NCBI GenBank assembly: GCA_963693365.1
Contig: CAVNZM010000004.1
Location: forward strand, 3,834,047 to 3,898,046
Origin: Amoebidium appalachense
Taxonomy: Eukaryota > Protista > Ichthyosporea
Reading direction: 5' to 3'
Length of the DNA: 64,000 nt
Below are positions 45,536 through 64,000 of this stretch, one piece after another. A program made the position numbers and the translations under genes. The notes beneath the pieces are model-generated. The model saw only the letters and a list, made by a program, of their open reading frames with translations. It made no database searches and had not been told where the DNA came from. Positions within the stretch are counted from its first letter, which is position 1, and each line of letters begins with the position of its first letter.

Positions 45536-47413
45536 TAGAGTATGTTACAGAGTATGAAGTACACATGACGGACAACACAATGCAGCTTGCCAAGCCGGGG
45601 GGAGGGGGGGGGGGGGGATTGAGGGGTTGCTTAGCATAGCGTGGGTGGGGGTTTGGGGGCTGAGGGGGTGGGGGGGAGGGGGGAGAGGGGGGTGAGCTAT
45701 TTTTTGCACTTCCACCACACAATGTGCAGCTAACCCCATAATGCCGGGAATTTGATGACATTCGAAAGCAACAAAACGATAAAAAATATAGTACTGCTGC
45801 GGAGAACGTGCAGGTAGAAGGTGGGGGGGGGGGGGGGGGGGGGGAGAGGTGGAGTGTGTGTAGAGAATGAGGGGCAAAGAAACAACAAGAAAAAGAGACC
45901 GAGGCGTAAAGCCAAATGGTCGTGGTGGTGGTGGTGGGGGGGGTTGAACCTGGTTAGCCCGGCGGGGTGGAGGAGACCCGTGATACTTGATCACACCACT
46001 CCAAGACGCAATCCACATGAATGAGAGCAGCTGCAGAGCCTTTTGCTGGTAGTAAAGTTGGGTGTTTCGATCCTTGAAAAGAAGAGTAATGAGGTAGATG
46101 AGGAAGAAGAGAACCACACCGGTTGCGAGGGAGAGCGCTCTTAGCGGGAAGAGGATGAGGTATCGTATGACTACACCTATGCAGTACGATGGGAGCAAGT
46201 AGATGTTCCAGTTCCAATGCTCTCGTGGCATGCACTCGAAACAGATGGAGAAGGAGTCCTGGACGATGCTTTCTACACTGTTGCTCACATAGGGTGAGAC
46301 GTCCAGAAACCCAAACGTCGTTTTTCGTTGATAGCCTGTGTATGTAAGAATCTGTTAGGGTACCGACGAAAAAGGAACAAAACAACACAGCCAGTACATC
46401 TAAAACGAATCATCCACTCAAAAAAATAAGGAACATGGGCCCACCCTTACACAGTGTTAGTTAGTTCCTTAAGTTGATCTGCCTGTACATTTTCCTCTCT
46501 CTTGGTTCCTGACTCCCTTCTAGCTCAAGTCCCCAACACAAAGAGCACACCAAAACTCGACTCACGTTGCAGGAGAAAATTAACATACAAATGAATCCCC
46601 TCTATTGCCAACAAATTCTTTGATTCCCCTTTCCCATCACTTTCCTCCCAAACTTCTGCCCTTCCTTCATCCTCCCGGTCACTCTCTCAAGTTCGCATTT
46701 TTTGGTGCAGCTCCCCGAGTTTGTGCCCTCTTCATGGATCCCCCCTCCCTCCCCCCTCCTTCCTCCCCCCCCCCCCCCCCCCCCCCCCCCAACACACACA
46801 CACACAGACTATTTAGCTACCCCTCCCGTTGGAACCCCATTCCCCAGAAAGCTGCCCATCTGCAAGAACTCTATATTTGTTTGCTTTCTATTCCATCCCT
46901 CCAAACGCATCCTCCTGCTTGCCCTGTTTTTCTAGTCAAGAAGATCCTCTCTCATAAAGAGGCTAGGCACAATATAAGCTTTCCCTTTACCAGCAAACAC
47001 TAACACAGGCAATACGAACCTTCTGCCGCCTCTGCAGCCAGCTGCTGCTCGAAATCTTCCGAGAATAGATCCAAGAAGTATTTTTGCATAGCCTCCATAT
47101 CCACAGTTCCCTGCTTGAAAAGTGCACCGAAGCCGCCGGTGCTCTTGTTTGACATCTTTTGTGCCAAGAACGTGGACGGCTGTGTGATGCGGTGGAGGTC
47201 ATCCACACCCGAGCCAGCCCACTTGGCCCTAGGGTTCGCCAGGAGCTTTTCCTGGGAATTGACTGTGTTTTTTCTAAGGGCTGCTTCATCTTCAGTTTGA
47301 GTGCTCACGCTAATGAATGCATTAGTTGGTTTATGTGTGTGTTCCTCGGAGTGTGTGTGGTTAACGACATTTTCCACAGCGGGCTCGCTGCTGGTGTCAT
47401 CTGTGGACGACAT
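42066..47413 (-). CDS. ER glycerol-3-phosphate acyltransferase, GPAT3/4 (plant GPAT9-like) type
   Basis: Exons 47413-47020, 46335-45950, 44831-44628, 43789-43547, 42404-42066(TGA). LDVSP...IVQDSFSICF...WNWNIYL, VANHSSVLD (HxxxxD), WFDR, LVFPEGTCVNN, FKRGAF, DAFWNS, WDGYLKY; ends KKDD (KKxx ER-retrieval type). Confidence 0.93.
42725..42834 (-). repeat. Intronic sense-strand dispersed element, copy 6
   Basis: Minus strand ccctgaggatgggctctgcttattatgcatact...ctgcatcgtgttatccgt...tgtgtacttcgtactttttgacgcattcaaac-polyC. Confidence 0.8.
45534..45586 (-). repeat. Intronic sense-strand dispersed element, 5'-truncated copy 7
   Basis: Minus strand ctgcattgtgttgtccgtcatgtgtacttcatactctgtaacatactctat-polyC. 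Confidence 0.72.
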
Positions 47414-48241
47414 GTTTTCCCATGGACCAGAGATCCCCTTAAATGGCGTACTACGATTGGGTGTGAGTGTGCATGTATATATGCTTGCAAAGTCCCTGTA
47501 CGTGAGCTTTGCCTCGAGAAGACAAAAAAACTTGCTACGGTATGTGTGTGCAAAGTTCTTTGGGGCAAAAAATGGTAGTTGCCTTGATGAAACTGCGCCT
47601 AGAGCTATTGTCGCGGAAGCTCAAGTGCACTTTTGTACAAAATCTATCTGGAAACGTCCGGCTTAGTTTCCTTGTTGATTTTAGCAAGAAAAGCCTGTAC
47701 CCCACGTACAACGTAGGCCTGAACAAAACTTCAGAGACGGACGAGCGGACGACAACGAACGTGGAAACTTTGAGGAAAGTAAGATAAGACTATTCTGTTG
47801 CGTAGTTTCATAACGAAATGGAGATACTAACGTTACAAGAAAGAGGTTATCTTGTAGACTACAGCATTCGCACTGATTAGGAAATTGCCTTTCTCTATAT
47901 CAAGCTATAAATAAAGCTCTCCTATTCGCTGAGATTTTCGATTCACTTGCGCAAGCGCTTTGTAGGTCTTTTGATTGGCTTAGAATGCACCACTTGATTG
48001 GCCAAAAAAAACAAAAAGCCTCGAGAGGCATATGTAGAGCCTGGGGGAAGAGGGGGAGTGGGACTCAATGCGGCAAGCGAAGACCACCGGAATATATTTA
48101 GAGTTTTACCACATACACATGCATTACGGATGTTTAGTAAGGCCCGTGTGAATACCTGTATGATATGGTAGAACAGGTTGATTAAAGTGTTAGATACCCA
48201 CAGACTACAGTAGGTGCTCCTTGCTGTGGTTTACGTTAGGC
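47414..48241. promoter_or_regulatory. Putative bidirectional promoter between GPAT and aminopeptidase P
   Basis: Short, repeat-free region between divergent genes; two tgattggc (inverted CCAAT) near 47972 and 47994. Confidence 0.45.
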
Positions 48242-63801
<15,560 letters not shown>

Positions 63802-63930
63802 GTGGGTGGGTGGGTGGGTGGGGGGGTTGGTTGGGAGAGGGAGAGGGGGGGGGGGGGGGGGGGGGGGAGATGGGGGATGGGGTATGAGGGATGAAAAATG
63901 AGGGATCATGGTAGGGAGGAAGACCCGCAC

Positions 63931-64000
<70 letters not shown>

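Overview
Eukaryotic, intron-dense genomic DNA (standard code, all reconstructed introns GT-AG) saturated with poly-C/poly-G, poly-A/T, (CA/GT)n, (CT/GA)n and (GGGT)n tracts; nearly all ORFs in the supplied track are repeat artefacts. Manual exon joining gives seven genes: the 3' half of a furin/kexin-type proprotein convertase (+, <1-5703), cyclin B (+, 8158-14003), an SLC38/AVT-family amino-acid transporter (-, 22519-17397), a secreted GH125 exo-alpha-1,6-mannosidase (+, 23788-36399), a Ras-subfamily GTPase (-, 40001-37051), a GPAT3/4(GPAT9)-type acyltransferase (-, 47413-42066) and an aminopeptidase P (+, ~48242/49197 to >64000). The organism cannot be fixed from sequence alone; a unicellular opisthokont is a guess. 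The unexplained structure is in the introns: (i) a ~90-135 bp dispersed element with about 7 copies, always intronic, always sense to the host gene and always running into a C tract; (ii) three families of TTAA-flanked MITEs, including a 265-bp near-perfect hairpin and two elements sharing one TTAA; (iii) minisatellites carrying 5'-splice-site-like hexamers; (iv) acceptors abutting (CA)n with no U-rich tract. The cyclin B upstream region has clustered CHR-, CCAAT- and Myb/MSA-like motifs. All alignments were done by eye, and homopolymer lengths may be sequencing artefacts.
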